A DNA stretch of 64,000 nucleotides from Amphiscolops sp. MND2022 (Eukaryota): positions 48,238,001-48,302,000 of the forward strand of contig OZ076413.1 in NCBI GenBank assembly GCA_964187785.1, read 5' to 3'. Position numbers and translations under genes: made by a program. Under the pieces are notes generated by a model. It searched no databases and was not told the origin of the DNA. It saw only the letters and a list, made by a program, of their open reading frames with translations. This document shows positions 49,375 to 62,700 of this stretch, piece after piece. Numbering within the stretch: the first letter of the stretch is position 1; every line of letters starts with the position of its first letter.

Positions 49375-52320
49375 GAAGAAAAAGAAGAAGAAGAATTTAT
49401 TCATTTGGAAATTCATACCAAATGTCAAGCAACAAATAGTATGTATTCCAAAAAGAACAGGAAAAGATCTTTTCCGCTTGTCTAGTCCGCGCCCTATAAA
49501 ACAATTGTTTCGTTTGCAGCTGATCTTGGCATTTCTTAGCAATTATAAAAATAGTTCGAAAAGATCCTTGTTGTCTGTCACGTAGAGTGTACCCAACTTT
49601 CTAACGTAGTTTTTTGTTTGATCATCTGATTGTTTCAACAAAGTTGCTGGTATCCATTAGCTTTCAACCAATTGTAACTTCTATTGAGAGCATTTTTCAA
49701 ACTTTTTTCCTGCATTAAATTCCGGTGGGTGGTTGCAAGTAGAAGGCCTTTTGCTTTTTTCCTGGTGTTGTAATTATTGTTTGTGTTTGTGAATAAGTAG
49801 GCACATGGTGAAAATGATTTCAATTGCTTAAGAACTTCGTTTACAACTTCGATTATATACAATTCATACATATTACAAATGTTGTACATCATTAAATTTT
49901 CTCAAAAAGAATTTTGTGATTTTCTAAAAAAAAGGCTCGAATGATTCGGCGCTGAGCTTTATTGATGCTTTCTGAAAGTGTTTTTCTGGTACTGCCATAA
50001 TTTAAAAGGCCATGTTTTATCACTGATGTCACATACGCATGAAAAAATTGAAGTAAAAAGTTAGGTTGGTACATATGCCTTATTTTGTAAATAAGTCCAC
50101 AGAACATATTTAGTTTTTTTGTGAAATACTTTGCATACTCACGAAATGTTAACGTTTTGTCCAAAGGAAAACTCAAAAAGTGGCAGATTTTTTGGTTGAA
50201 ATTTTTTTGCCAAATGCTTTTCCCAAGTTTGGTACACTTTTTGATCCAAACGTAAAATGCTCTCATTTTGATATATTAACAGTCAATTTGTTGGCCGCAA
50301 ACCACTTTCTCAATTGTAAGACATCTTCACTCAAGTCGTTGGTAGCATTCCTAACGCTGTTTTATACAGAAGTATCATCCGCGAATAGCGTTAAATTAAT
50401 CTTTTCGCAGTACTGGGGAAGGTCGTTTATATAGTTTAAGAACGAGAAGGGGCCTAGCACTGAGCCTTGGGGAACACCAGCTTCTATTGATTTTTTATTT
50501 GAACTTTTGCTTTTCGTTATAACGTATTGTCGTCGATCAAAGAGGTACGATTTCATGATTTCTATAATTGGTCCACGGTATTCATATTTCTCTTCTTTGT
50601 GTATCAAAATTTGATGATTGAGGGTGTCAAATGCTTTTTTGTAGATCTATTGAAACATACATGACCATTCGTTTGTCAATTAAGCTTTTCGTGAATATAT
50701 TCTGCTACTTGCATGATGGCACTGCTACAAGACATCTTTGATCTGAATCCAAACTGATCAGGACTGAAAAATCTGTTTTCGTTGTAATATAGTGTCATTT
50801 GTTTGCAAAAGACTCTCTCAAACACTTTACTTATATGGCTTAATAAACTTGTCGGTCGATACTTCGAGGCGTCATCTGTTGTTCCTTTTTTGAACACAGA
50901 ATTATCTTTTGTGATTTTCAAGCAATCCGCAAAATGTTTATTTCCAACTGGATGGTTGATAGCATCGGCAAGGTATGGATCAATGATTGGAGAACATAGT
51001 TTCAAAAGTTTGTTGCTGATCTCGTCATTACCTGTGCTGCTTTTACTTTTCATTTTCGTTAATATCTTACTGATTTCTTTCCCGTCGGTGAGGCTAATAA
51101 CCAATGAATTGATGTTTCGTTCCTCTTCATCCGATAAATGTTGTGATTTGATTTTTGCAGATAATGAAGGGCCTATTTCAGTGAAAGTTTCATTTAAGAC
51201 ATGAGCATTTGGTAGATTAGCAGGTTGGGTTTCATTTCGTTTGTGAGCGGATTTCAAAATCCCAAAGAGAGTTATAGCATTGGGGTTTTCACTTGAATCT
51301 TTCTCATTGTGATCTCTTTTAGCATTTCTAATAACCTTAGTTACTCGATTTCGTTGTTTATCATATCTTTTTCGATTGTAATTATTTGGTTGGAGCATCC
51401 GTATTTCGATTGAATGATCACGTTTAGCTGTTTCATTTTTAACCTTTTTTTAGTCTATGAGATTTCTTTTTTATTCTTATTACTAATTTCTTCCATCAGA
51501 GTAAATCCATCCAAACAATCCATGATAATTTTGCTTAAGGTTTCAAAGCGTTCATCAACGTCTTTAATTTCCCCGGAGAAATTTAGTTTCTGATCAAGTA
51601 GAAAGAATAATTTCAGATACTGATCACCTTTCAGTTTGCTTGAATTTCGTTGTTTGATTGATTTTTCGATTGATATCTCCGATCGTGATGTCCAAAATGA
51701 TGCAAAATTTGACAGCATATTGATCAGATATCGTTGTCGTGATGGCTTTAGTTTCAACCATTGATGTCGCAGTAACACTGGTTGCCTGATAGTTTAGAAT
51801 TCTGTGTCCGTATGATTGTATCAAATTTCCATATTTTGTTTTTTCATGCTCGGTTTTAGCGTGTCTATGTTGAAATCCTCGAAAATCAAAGTTTCTTCCT
51901 TTAAATTCCTTAGGAACGCATATACCTTGTCAAGGTCTTCATCGAAACTATTAATGATAGTTTGACGCCAGTATACCAGGCAAAAGTTTTTTACAATTCG
52001 ATTACTGGCCATTACTCTGATTATAAGACATTCTAGATCTGACGTATAATTGATCCGCTCCAACTGTAGATTACGCTTCAAATACACTGCAACACCGCCT
52101 CGTTTTTGACCATTACTACTTTTTTTTAGATTCCAGCGGATGGTAGCCGTCAATGTGATAATCCTTGAGTGGGTCATTTTCAAATAACCAAGTTTCAGTG
52201 AGAAATATGAGCTCAGGTGTTTCTTCATAGTCTTGAAGTTTCGCTAGGAGATCATCATTACGGTATCGTAATCATCTTATATTAAGGCCAAGGAAAGTAG
52301 GGAAGCTGTCCAATATTGAA
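49375..52320 (-). pseudogene. CR1/L2-like LINE ORF2 (APE endonuclease plus RT), near full length, frameshifted
   Basis: FLGLNIR, LTETWL, RGGVAVY, DFNID, YRPTSLL, QFGFR, GVPQGSVLGP, LFADDT; (TTC)n 3' tail. Confidence 0.92.
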
Positions 52321-52965
52321 CGTTATCGCTCGAATTTTTGCTCTTTTTGGGCATTGTTAGGTTTTTTATTTTGAAAAAATATGCATCTGATTTCCTTCAA
52401 AAGTATGACAAAGTATGCCAAGTTGGTTTTTGTTCTTTTTAGATGAGATGCATATTATTACCAGGACACGCCTTTGTTGCCAAAAAACGCATTTTTGAAA
52501 AGTAGTCTCATACATTCTAAAAGCTTTGGCATCGGTGCTTTTGCATTGAATTCAAATACGGTTCCTTGAAGAACTACGCCGGGTGACTGATGTGCGTAGA
52601 TGCTATTGTACGTAGATGCTCTGAGTCTGTATTAACGTTTTTCGGAAATTGGGTCCAAGATAACAAACCAAGATCACTGCAGTGGACAATCAATAATTTC
52701 AAAAGGCCTTTCAAAATGCTTTAGAAAGGTTTGAACGATTGCGATTTCTCAGGTGTTTTTTGACCTAGTTATCGTTGATCTTTACCGATCATCTCAACAT
52801 GAATGATTTTTTAGAAATGAGCAATGATCATCTAAAACTAGTTTTTTGAATATATACATCCTAAAATACAATAAAATGAAACGCTGAAGCTGACGAGGAC
52901 GTTCAACGATTCATTTATTTTAAAATACTGTTTGTTTTCAAGAACTTTTTCTACACGCAAAGTTA

Positions 52966-53052
52966 TATTCTGTGATAAATTCCTTTGTGAAAATTCTGTG
53001 ATCAATTATTTTGTGAAAATTCTGTGATAAATTCCGTCGTGAAAATTCTGGG
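52966..53052. repeat. Short ~26-bp tandem repeat
   Basis: ATTCTGTGAT(A/C)AATT..TGTGAAA repeated about 3 times. Confidence 0.7.
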
Positions 53053-54163
53053 ATTAATAGAAAGGTCAAAGTTTGGAGGGTTAATTTTTGATTATTATTA
53101 TTAAATATACTCACGCGATAAATGTAACTAGAACAATCAAAATTAGAGTATAATTATACATAAACCAGAACAATCTTAATTTGAGGATAATTATTTATGA
53201 GCCCATTTTTAACCAAATTAAAAATTAAAATCCTAATTAACACAATCAATCCTTGTTTCATACATGCAGCGTTGGGAAACAAAGAACAAGCTTCAGTTGA
53301 ATATTAAATTGAGTTTGTCATATGCCCTTAAAGTCTCTAATGAGCTTCGAGTGGGTAGCGGATGCAGCCAGCCAGTAAAGCGCAAGTTGCTGGTGCCCAC
53401 CCATTAAGAGCACAGAATGCAGCACATTTCGGTTTGATTGTGACTTCCCCTAAAACAACAGATTATCATAGAATAAAATTGTTTGACAAGAAGCAAAATA
53501 AAATTGAATGAAGACTACTGTTTGCTAAGAGACTACCGGGTTAACCATCCCTGGATATCTTACCAAGATCTTGCAACAATCTTGGCTAAGATCTTATCAA
53601 GACAGGTATGTTTCCAAGAAAAATCCTATCAGGAGCCGAAGATGGCAAGAAAAATCTTGCCACGAGCTGCATGATAGCGATGAATGAGCACCATCAGAAA
53701 AAGTTGATTTAAAAATAGGAATGATGAAATGGAAAATAATCTCGAATGCACACAAATTACTGGAATAAGATAAAATTAGAAAAAAAATTGTGATTTTGTG
53801 ACTCAGAACTCAGACCCAAACTTTGTGACTCAAACTGGGATTAATCCAGTAAACTTTTGGAACATACATTGTATTGATCGAAATAAAGTTATACCGACAA
53901 AATCCGGGATCAAAGCTTAAATTTAAGCTAGCAATAATATAAACTAAAATTAGAGATATGTGAAGGTTAATACGGGAACAGTAAAAAACTAGTATAATTC
54001 TCTTCAATTTCTCTTTCTATTTCTTTTGTAAGGTATTTTCTTTTGTAACCTTGAAAATGATTTTGTCATTGTATGGAGTCTGTATTTTCACCCTCTTGAA
54101 ACGTTAACAAACGTGATCTGAAAACCCGCCTAATTGTGTTGAAATCCTAATAAATACCTATAA

Positions 54164-54837
54164 AACAAGCCGGGACCGGCCCAAGTCGGCGCCATATCCA
54201 AGGCTCAAAAATAGCAAAAAGACTTCCAAGTGTCAAGTACTCTTTTACAGTACTCGAAAATCGAAATTTTTTGAAAAATAAAATTTCGAAAAAATTACAT
54301 ACTCAAAAAAAATGGACCGAGTGGCGCGCCGGGGCTCGCTAGGGCGAGCCCCTGGCGCGCTAAAGTCTCACAATGCCGAAAAACTGAAAGGGTGGACCCT
54401 TTGAGGTTTTTCAACATCCATTCTGTCGCAAAACATGAAAAAATTGAAGAAAACAAACATTTTCATTTTCGGGAAAAAATCTCACAATGCCGAAAAAAAA
54501 CTGAAAGGGGGGACCCTTTGGGATTTTTTAACATCCATTCTGTCGCAAAACATCAAAAAAATGCAGGGGGGACCCTTTGGGGAAAAATTTTTTTTTCGAA
54601 AAAAAGTCTCGCAGTGCCGAAAAAAATCAAAGGGGGAAGTCTTTGGTCTCGCCCGGTATGGTATGTTACGCGGAAAAACAGGAAAAACCTTTTTGGTTCA
54701 GTTCGCTAGACCAAATAGTGCATTTTGATGCAATAATATTTTGTAGAACTTTTGTAGAACTATTTTGGTCAGTTCGTGTGGATAGGAAAAAAAAGAGTCA
54801 CTATAGTAGTCGCGTTTCACTTCATGAAGCGCCGACT
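54164..54837 (-). mobile_element. HINE-like element; close inverted sister copy of 10315-10993
   Basis: Both ends intact; shares the GC-rich hairpin and CCGGTATGGTATGTTACG. Confidence 0.85.
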
Positions 54838-56269
54838 AACAAGTAACACTGCACAATAATTTTGAGCATGAAACTTCACTGAGCAGCTCCTAAAAACTAA
54901 CGAATTTGCTTTGCAATCAAAACATGAAAAGTTTTCGAGAACTTTCAACTAGGGTTGTGATTTTTTTGCTATTGAATGAGCGTGAAAACTTAAAATTCAT
55001 TAATAGACAAGTAAGCAAGGTAGTCTTACCTACGGCACCAACGATGGCTTTAGGTTTGGGAATTCTGAGACCTCGTCTGAGGCGCTGAGGCAGGTGGGCG
55101 CTAGAACTATGAAGCCATGAATCCTTCCTTGTATCTATTTGAAGCAGTTTCTTGATTAAAATCACTTGAAATTATATCTAAAGTATATATATTTTCTGAA
55201 AAACCTAAAGTTCACATTGGTTGGATGTTGAGCGAATCAAAAAATTTTCAACTGAATCGTTTTTCAGTTGGTAAAATCAATTCTGAGACTTAGCATTTTG
55301 GGCCAACATGTTAACAGTGAATGTTTCGATGTTTTGAGCTTTTGAAAAAATTGCAAAGCAACGACTAAAGTTCTAATCGTTCAGATTCTGTGGTACCTCA
55401 ATTACGCTGTTGTACGTTTTGTGGAACCATCTGCTACGTCATTGACCGGATAAAGAATTGTGGTTGTCGACGATTCCTATAATAGTTTTTTTTATTCGCA
55501 AAAAGTTTTTTTTTAAATATCATAAAGAGAAAAAACCTTTTCAAGCCCAAAAAGAAAAGCGGCAATGTGAGATAGATTTTTCTCCGAAAATGAATCCTCA
55601 ACGCTCTGAAGTACTTTTGCGCAATTTTCTACTGCGGATGCTGACTTAAGCTGTTATCGGCTTGTTTAATTTCTAATTTTGAACAGTTGTCTAACTTTTA
55701 ATTATCAACCAGTTTGTCAGGTACTCGAATAGAAGCTGCTTCGACCAGGGGTGTCACCCAGTCGTGATGATCTGCTCGCAATGGACTGTATAAGAACTAC
55801 CATCAGAAAGAGATAAACAGCCAAGTTCGCCATTTCTACTGACAATGGGGTCAAGAATCTTAAAAAACTTATGAGCACTTGAACTATTAGCAAATTTGGT
55901 GAACGAGAATAAATATTAGTTGTTGACGGGGTCAAACTCAGATATATCATCGTTTCTTGATCAAATTTGCATTTACATCAACTTGGTTATAGATGGTCAA
56001 CCACTGACTGAACATCTTGTTCTATTTGTTGTATTTGATTTTACTCTGCACTATTTGGAACAATGAATCAGGGACGAATAATGACATTCGCCGCTTTGGT
56101 ATTTTCAAAGACTGAACATATTTAAACCCAATTACAAAGCAAAAGTAGTATTATCCTTAAACACACGTTCAGAATCATCATTCAGAAAAATTTGCGAGGC
56201 GAACAATATACAACTAAATGATTTTTCGTTCCATGTCATTTCGACATTTCAACTTCAATGTGGCCATTT

Positions 56270-56722
56270 CAGCTCGCCAAAAAGCAACAAGGCTCAAAAA
56301 GCAAAGTTTTTGAAATATGCCCATGAAGTTGTCATGAAAAACTCAGAAAAAAGTTTCGAAACACATTTCGTGCTCGGAAAACGCTTCAAAAGTTCGGATA
56401 TAGCTTGCTGGAACAAATGGGAATGGTTGTTTTCGAGCCTCCGCCTCTACAATATCAGACTAAAAATCAGAATTTCGAACAGTTTCATAGTGCCAAAAAA
56501 TGTAATTGAAAGGGGGACCCTTGAGAATTTTGGAAAAAAATGGAAGGGGGAAGTCGCGTTCGGTTTTGAATGTTACGTTAAAAATAAGAAAACATGAAAG
56601 GACCTTTTGCACTAAGTTTCCACTGACCGGACTAGTAGTTTTAGTAGTTTCTGTAAAAAGTGGACCTTTCAGTGTCAGGTCTGTGGTCTGGAGAAAGAAA
56701 TAAAACAAAAGGCGCCGACTAA
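56270..56722 (-). mobile_element. HINE-like element (degenerate)
   Basis: AGGCTCAAAAAGCAAAG at left, GGCGCCGACT at right; related to the copy at 15945. Confidence 0.6.
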
Positions 56723-58399
56723 AAACGTATCTACCATTCCCACATAACTATATAGGAGCGAATATTTATTGTAAATAAAATTCCAATCGTTCCAAACAGT
56801 TTGCTGAAAACATTGAGATTTTGAAATTCGAGAAAAAAATCCAAATTGAAAACGTTTACAGGAAGTATCCACATTTTGAACTTTATTGCCTAACTAATCT
56901 TTACTTGAATGAAGGAGATCTAGTGATAATGCTTTTGCGTATACCCTTTTGAAACTAGCTTTTATCCTTTGTTCCCAACGGTGCATGTATGAAACAACGA
57001 CAGATTGTGTTAATTAGGCCTTATCACTAGACCTAGCAGAGACAGAACTGGCGCTCTTCTTGGCTCAAGGTGGGCAGTAGAGTTGAAGGCATAGTTCGGG
57101 TTGTCGAATCTTCGGGAATTTTCTATTACCGCGGACTTGAAAATTACCGGGTACTGGAAACACAAGAAGGAAAGGATAATCAGAGATATTTCAAAAAGTA
57201 AGGCTGTCGGTACTAAACTGATTGACTTGAAGAAATCTAAACATCAAAGCACTTCAGATCTACTAATTAGAAAACGAAGTGAACAAACCTAAAAACATTC
57301 AATTTGGTCAAAAAGACAACTTTTTTGGCCATTTACAAATCAATTCATCAAATCAGTTTGAAGGTTCTGAAAACTTCTTCAAAAACACAACAACATGTGA
57401 AATTGAAATATCAAATATTCGACATCCCGAACTATGCGCATCAGCGTATTGAAATTTGGTGAACTAAGCTTACGAGATTTATGAGATGTAGTGTACGTTC
57501 AGTAGGTGTCAACGTTCAGAAGAGAGCGATGAACAAAATCAGAAGTATTGTTTTTTCTTGAAGGTAGCTAAATCATAGTTGTGATAAAAAATAAAATTCT
57601 TGTTCTGTGTTTCGGCCACTTTTTCGACGAGTTCTTGTTTCATTGATGTTACTCCAATCAAACTCCAGTACTATTTTCTCTATCCGATTATTTTACTTTA
57701 TATTGAACTTGTAATAGTCAAGATTTGTCAATTCCATGCCAGTGTCGTTCGTCTGGAGAAGTTGAAAAAATTATGGATTCACTAAATCATGAAAAATATT
57801 AGTTTTTAGGTAATTACCAGAATTTTGCATAAATAGTGAGACAATGCATATTTCGGGTAATATAAAGCGTGTTATTTGTAAGATCAAATCAAAGAGTGTC
57901 TATTGCTTCAGTTTGACATTTTAAAGTGAAAAAATTGAGAAGAAATATGAAAAGAGATAATCAGAGATGCAATGGCACTGTTGTATTTTAGCATACTGTT
58001 AAAAGACGCTTAGAGTGGCAAGTTTGTTTTCATTTTTGTCCATTGACAATTTCCGCTTGAAAATTTCCACTTTCTACCATCTCCTAGCCCAAAGTATAAA
58101 GCTGTCAAAACGCCGCCTTTTCATTTTTCGAAAGAAAGAAAGAAAAGTTCATTTTATTGAGATCATTACATTAAAAACCCAAAATAAGTATTAATTGAAA
58201 CAAAAGAAACCAATCTGCACAGGAAAAGAGCCCATTGGCTCGTCAAAATCCTGCCCTGAAGAACCAAATTCAAAACTTTTTGAATGATCTTTAAAACTAT
58301 TTCCGCTCTCGAAGACTTTGCTTACGTTAAGCACTACGACCGAAAAAACTTCATTATCAGCATAATTACATTTCAAAGTAATATGCAGAGATGCTTGTT

Positions 58400-59750
58400 A
58401 TCGACTACATAATTGGAGGTTATACTCGTGATGAGTTTGTCAAACTTGATATAGTTTTCTCAAAGTTACTGGAATAAATTCTGCTTTCCAAACAATTTAT
58501 AAATTGAGCAAACGAAAATTTCGAAGGATCTCATCTTTAGAACAGTCCGACTGTATTGCACCGGCATACATTTTTTCATATTCCATGGAGTTTTTTATGT
58601 TCCCACGTCATTGGCATCCAGCACAATGAAAGCTTTAGTTGCTTCTAACCTAAGCCACCTAGGAAGCTCTTTGATCTTCTCGAAAATGCACAGTTCAAAA
58701 ATTGTCAAAATTTCTTTAGTTTTAAGAATATTATGTAGGGAATCAAAATTCTTCTTGTGAAAAATAGCGCGCAAAATTCTTCGTTGCGCTTTTCAAATAT
58801 TGGACAAGTTTGTTTTGCCAGCAGAACCGTATATTAGTAATCATAACAATTTCTGGACTTAGCAAAAGAGTTATAAAACATCAGTACACATTTTTAGGCA
58901 GCGCTTTTTGTAGAAAAACGCAGACTATAATAGTGACTTTTTTAAGACCAACGAACTGACAGATTTTGTAAGTTTTATAAGCTGACTTGCACCAACACTA
59001 AACCGTGCCACACTACTCTACTGGAACTTGGCATAGAGGTTACGGCTTTTTGATGTCTGTCAAGCGGAAGAACATGGGTTCGTGTCCCGCTCTTGACCAA
59101 AATTTTTTCGTGCAGATTTTTTTCGGCTTTGAGAGACTTTCTTTCGCAAATTTTTTTAATGTCTCCAAAGGGTCCACCCTTCATTTTTTTCCTATTTTGC
59201 AAAAGAACGGATGTTGAAAAACTCCCAGAGAGCCCTTTTACATTTTTCGGCAAAACGCGAGTCACCAGAAACTTCAAAAAAATTCAAAAAAATGGAAAAT
59301 GTTTTCAGGTACTGTAGTGGAGAGTACTTGACACTTTTAAGTCCTTTTGCTATTTTTGAGCCTTAGATATGGCGCCGACTTGGGCCGTTCCCGGCTTGCT
59401 GGGTATACATATGACGTACATGATATGATATATTAGGCCACAGAACTCATCGAGTTTTTTACGACGTATTCATAATGTTCCCTGATGCGCAAAATTTGTC
59501 CATGTAAACATTTAAGTACATTAAATACCTGCACTCGTTCGAATAACGCATTTTATCTGAAAGCAAATTTCACAAGGGGATGACAGCGTCCGAGTGCAAT
59601 TGCACCACAACTATCTCGATTTATACTGTCTATTTTGACAAAACACTGCGATAAATTGTCCATTCCTGTGAGCTGTTTAGGACTTGGTTGATGTTATTCT
59701 TTATTTCAGTTTTTGACAAAACATAAGAAAGAATAGTCTCAAGTCCTAAA
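58400..59750 (-). pseudogene. Old LINE RT 3' fragment split by a HINE
   Basis: KKLDEFCGLIY, LMFYNSFAKS, YGSAGKTNL and AQRRILRAIF align with 49892-50266. Confidence 0.7.
58896..59399 (+). mobile_element. HINE-like element carrying a tRNA-like segment
   Basis: Ends GATATGGCGCCGACTTGGGCCGTTCCCGGCTTG; A/B boxes at 59029-59087. Confidence 0.75.
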
Positions 59751-59756
59751 CACAAC

Positions 59757-62700
59757 TGTATTGAGTTAGCTGGCTGTCTTTCCAATACTAATATTCTGAG
59801 ATCTCAGATCTTCTATCTATCCAAGTTGAGAACACTGTAGAATTACAAGATTCGAGTAACTCTGTGTATACAGTTTCAGTGATTACATCAAATATCATTG
59901 AGATTAATTATACATCGAATCTTTACAACATGAAGACGATGAGATTAAATCTATGATGAAATCTTTACAAAATGTCAGCATCTAATTGATGAAGTGTTAA
60001 CGTCTGAGTAGAATGACGTCTGTTGAGTTATTAGGTCAAAGAGTTGAATTCTACTTCGAGATTTTTGGAGTCCTTGATGTCTTTTATCATGACGTCACAA
60101 TCGACCGGGAAATGAAAAGTTTTTATTTCATAGTTGCAGTAGAAGACAGTGAGTTTCAAAAAGATTCATATTGGAGTTGTGGGTCTTAACGTGAGGTTTT
60201 GTTATTCATGTTCGTATATTTCATTTGTTCTAAAGTAAATGAGTACCATACTTAAAGAGTGAGACCAACGTAAGACGTTTTCAACTTCTTATGTCTAAAG
60301 GGTTCACATGGGTGCAACGATTTGAAGTCAGAATGAAACGTTGTCTGACAGTTACGTTCAAGTTGTTGTTTGACAACTTTGTTTCTGTTTTAATTAGGGT
60401 CCTTTCAGCGGCCTTGAAAAATTTGCAAGGTCTTCAACGTGAGCATTCAAAGAGAAAACTTTCTTGGAGTTCTAGAAACTTTCTTTAAAAGAAGTTGCCA
60501 ATGAGTTATGAACAAACATTGGCGGGTAGTGGACGATGTATGAAGAAATCAAAAAGATTCAAAGGTCTCCTTCAAGTTCAATTTCATTTTCAACAAAGTG
60601 AAGGATAGTTGTTGGAAAGCAATTTCAAACTTCGAATTTTCAAAATAAAAAAGTGTTCAAAAGGAGGAGGATATCTTTTTCTCCAAAACGAAAGACAGGC
60701 AATAATGTATTTAAGATTATATTGAGTAATAAAGGAAGAACTTTGTACTAAGCACTTAGAATATAAACAGTGAAAAAGATGGGTTCTAAAAATGATTATA
60801 GAAAATTGTGATTACAAGACTACATAGGATTATTACACTATATTAAAGAATGACAGGACTACAAGAATACATTAGATTATAGCACTAAAAACATAATACT
60901 TTACTATACAATTATGTATGGTTACAGAGTAATAGGAATACAAAAGCAGATAATAATACAAAATAAAGATGAATCTTGATTAAAGTTTTTCAAGTCAAAG
61001 TTCGAAGTTTGAATTGTAGGCCAATGTGGAGTTGCTTGTTGGGCGGCAAAAGTTGTGACCAGTGTCCATTGAAGAAGTGAAGAACTGTTGACCACTGACC
61101 AGTGAAGGAGTTGTGTTGACCAGTGACGAAGGGCGATGGAGTTGTGTTGACCAATGGATGACCAGCGACGATGGACTATGGAGTTGTGTTGAGCAGTGTC
61201 GAAGTGACAAAGTGAAAGTGCCGGGTGATGAAGACCAGTGATGATGACGAGTGACAATGGATGTAACCAATCGAAGAAGAAGTTGCCGCTACGCAGTGAA
61301 AGAGTTACTTGAGGAGAGGTGAAGAGGAGAAATGAAGTTAACTTCATGGCAACTGTAGTCATCAAGTGGATATGGAAGAATTGCAAGCAGTTGAATGAAG
61401 AGTATAGTTTTGTACAACAAAGTTAGTAGTAATTCTTGAACACAGTTAGTAGAAAGGATGTTGTTGCGGAGGGTTTGCTTGATGACATTTTGGATCGTAG
61501 ACTTCAAGTTTTTGAGTGTAACCAAAATCAAGCGTTACGGCGTTAAAAGCTGCGCGAGCCTCATCGATAGCGACGCGAAAATAATTATCTTTCGTCGTGA
61601 AAGATGATATTAGAACAAAAACCGTGTCCGAAAACGTTTCACAGACTGCAATCTTTGTGCCGTCCATGTGGATACGGGCATATTCTACAAAATTGATGTC
61701 TTTGATTTTGATTTGACAGACATTGTATAACACTTTGAGAAACGATCTTTAGTAGCAGCAATGACCTTGTCATTATGGATTTGTAACGAGAGGTTGATTG
61801 TCATATTGTGAAATATCGCGGCTTGGAAACTGTTAGCATTCGTAGGCGGATCTTCTGATTTTTTATAGTCCTGAGGTGGAGCAATTAGAAGGAAGATGCT
61901 GAGAGAAACTTTGATGATAAGAAGTGGTGGTTGCTGGAGTAAGCCAAGGAGGGAAAGAAGAGGGGAAAAGAAAAACATAAGTTTCTAAAACAAAATTAGT
62001 CTGAGAACCAAAGTCAATATCATATTTTTCAGAAATGTCGGTGCTATATAATGTTTTATTTTTATTGTGCGAATTGAATGATAGTTTTTATATGTTACAA
62101 ATTCAAAGGAGTTTTGTAGCGAAGAAAAAAGAGAATGGAAGCGCGGAAAAAAATAATGTGAGGAAGTGCGAACTGTGTGTAAAATTTTGTACCAAATTGA
62201 AAAGTTTTAGGAGTTAAGATGAAATGAATGATACCTTTGTTTTGAGTTCAAAAATGTACCAAAGTAGCCATTGTCCAATTTTGTACAAAAAAGAAATTTG
62301 TATTACCTGAGTGATGATTTTATTGAAGATTAGTTTTTTGAAAAAGAGTTTTCCTTGATTCTAAAGCAGATTGGGTTGGTTGAGATGATTGTGTTATACG
62401 CTGTCAATGTAGATCAAGTGGTTGAAGGAGTTTTGATATTCTGTCATAGCAGTGAACGAGATGGGTCAAGTTGTGATAGGTGAGTTAAATGGATTCCGTT
62501 AGTGCGGATCCAACAGTTGTGTGATATCTCGAAGAATTCGATTGTTCAACATGTTGGGAAATTTGTCATTAGTATTTTGAGAATGTCGTGTAGGAGATTT
62601 GTGATCAAAGTAAGGTGTTTTGTTTTCCGTTTGAACCATAAAAGAGATAATTTCTGCAGAAATGAAACGAAGTTCATTAAAGGAGTCTTATTGTTCTGAA

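Noticed and set aside
55717..55950. Small membrane protein ORF
   Set aside because: Short and hydrophobic by composition only, with no supporting context.
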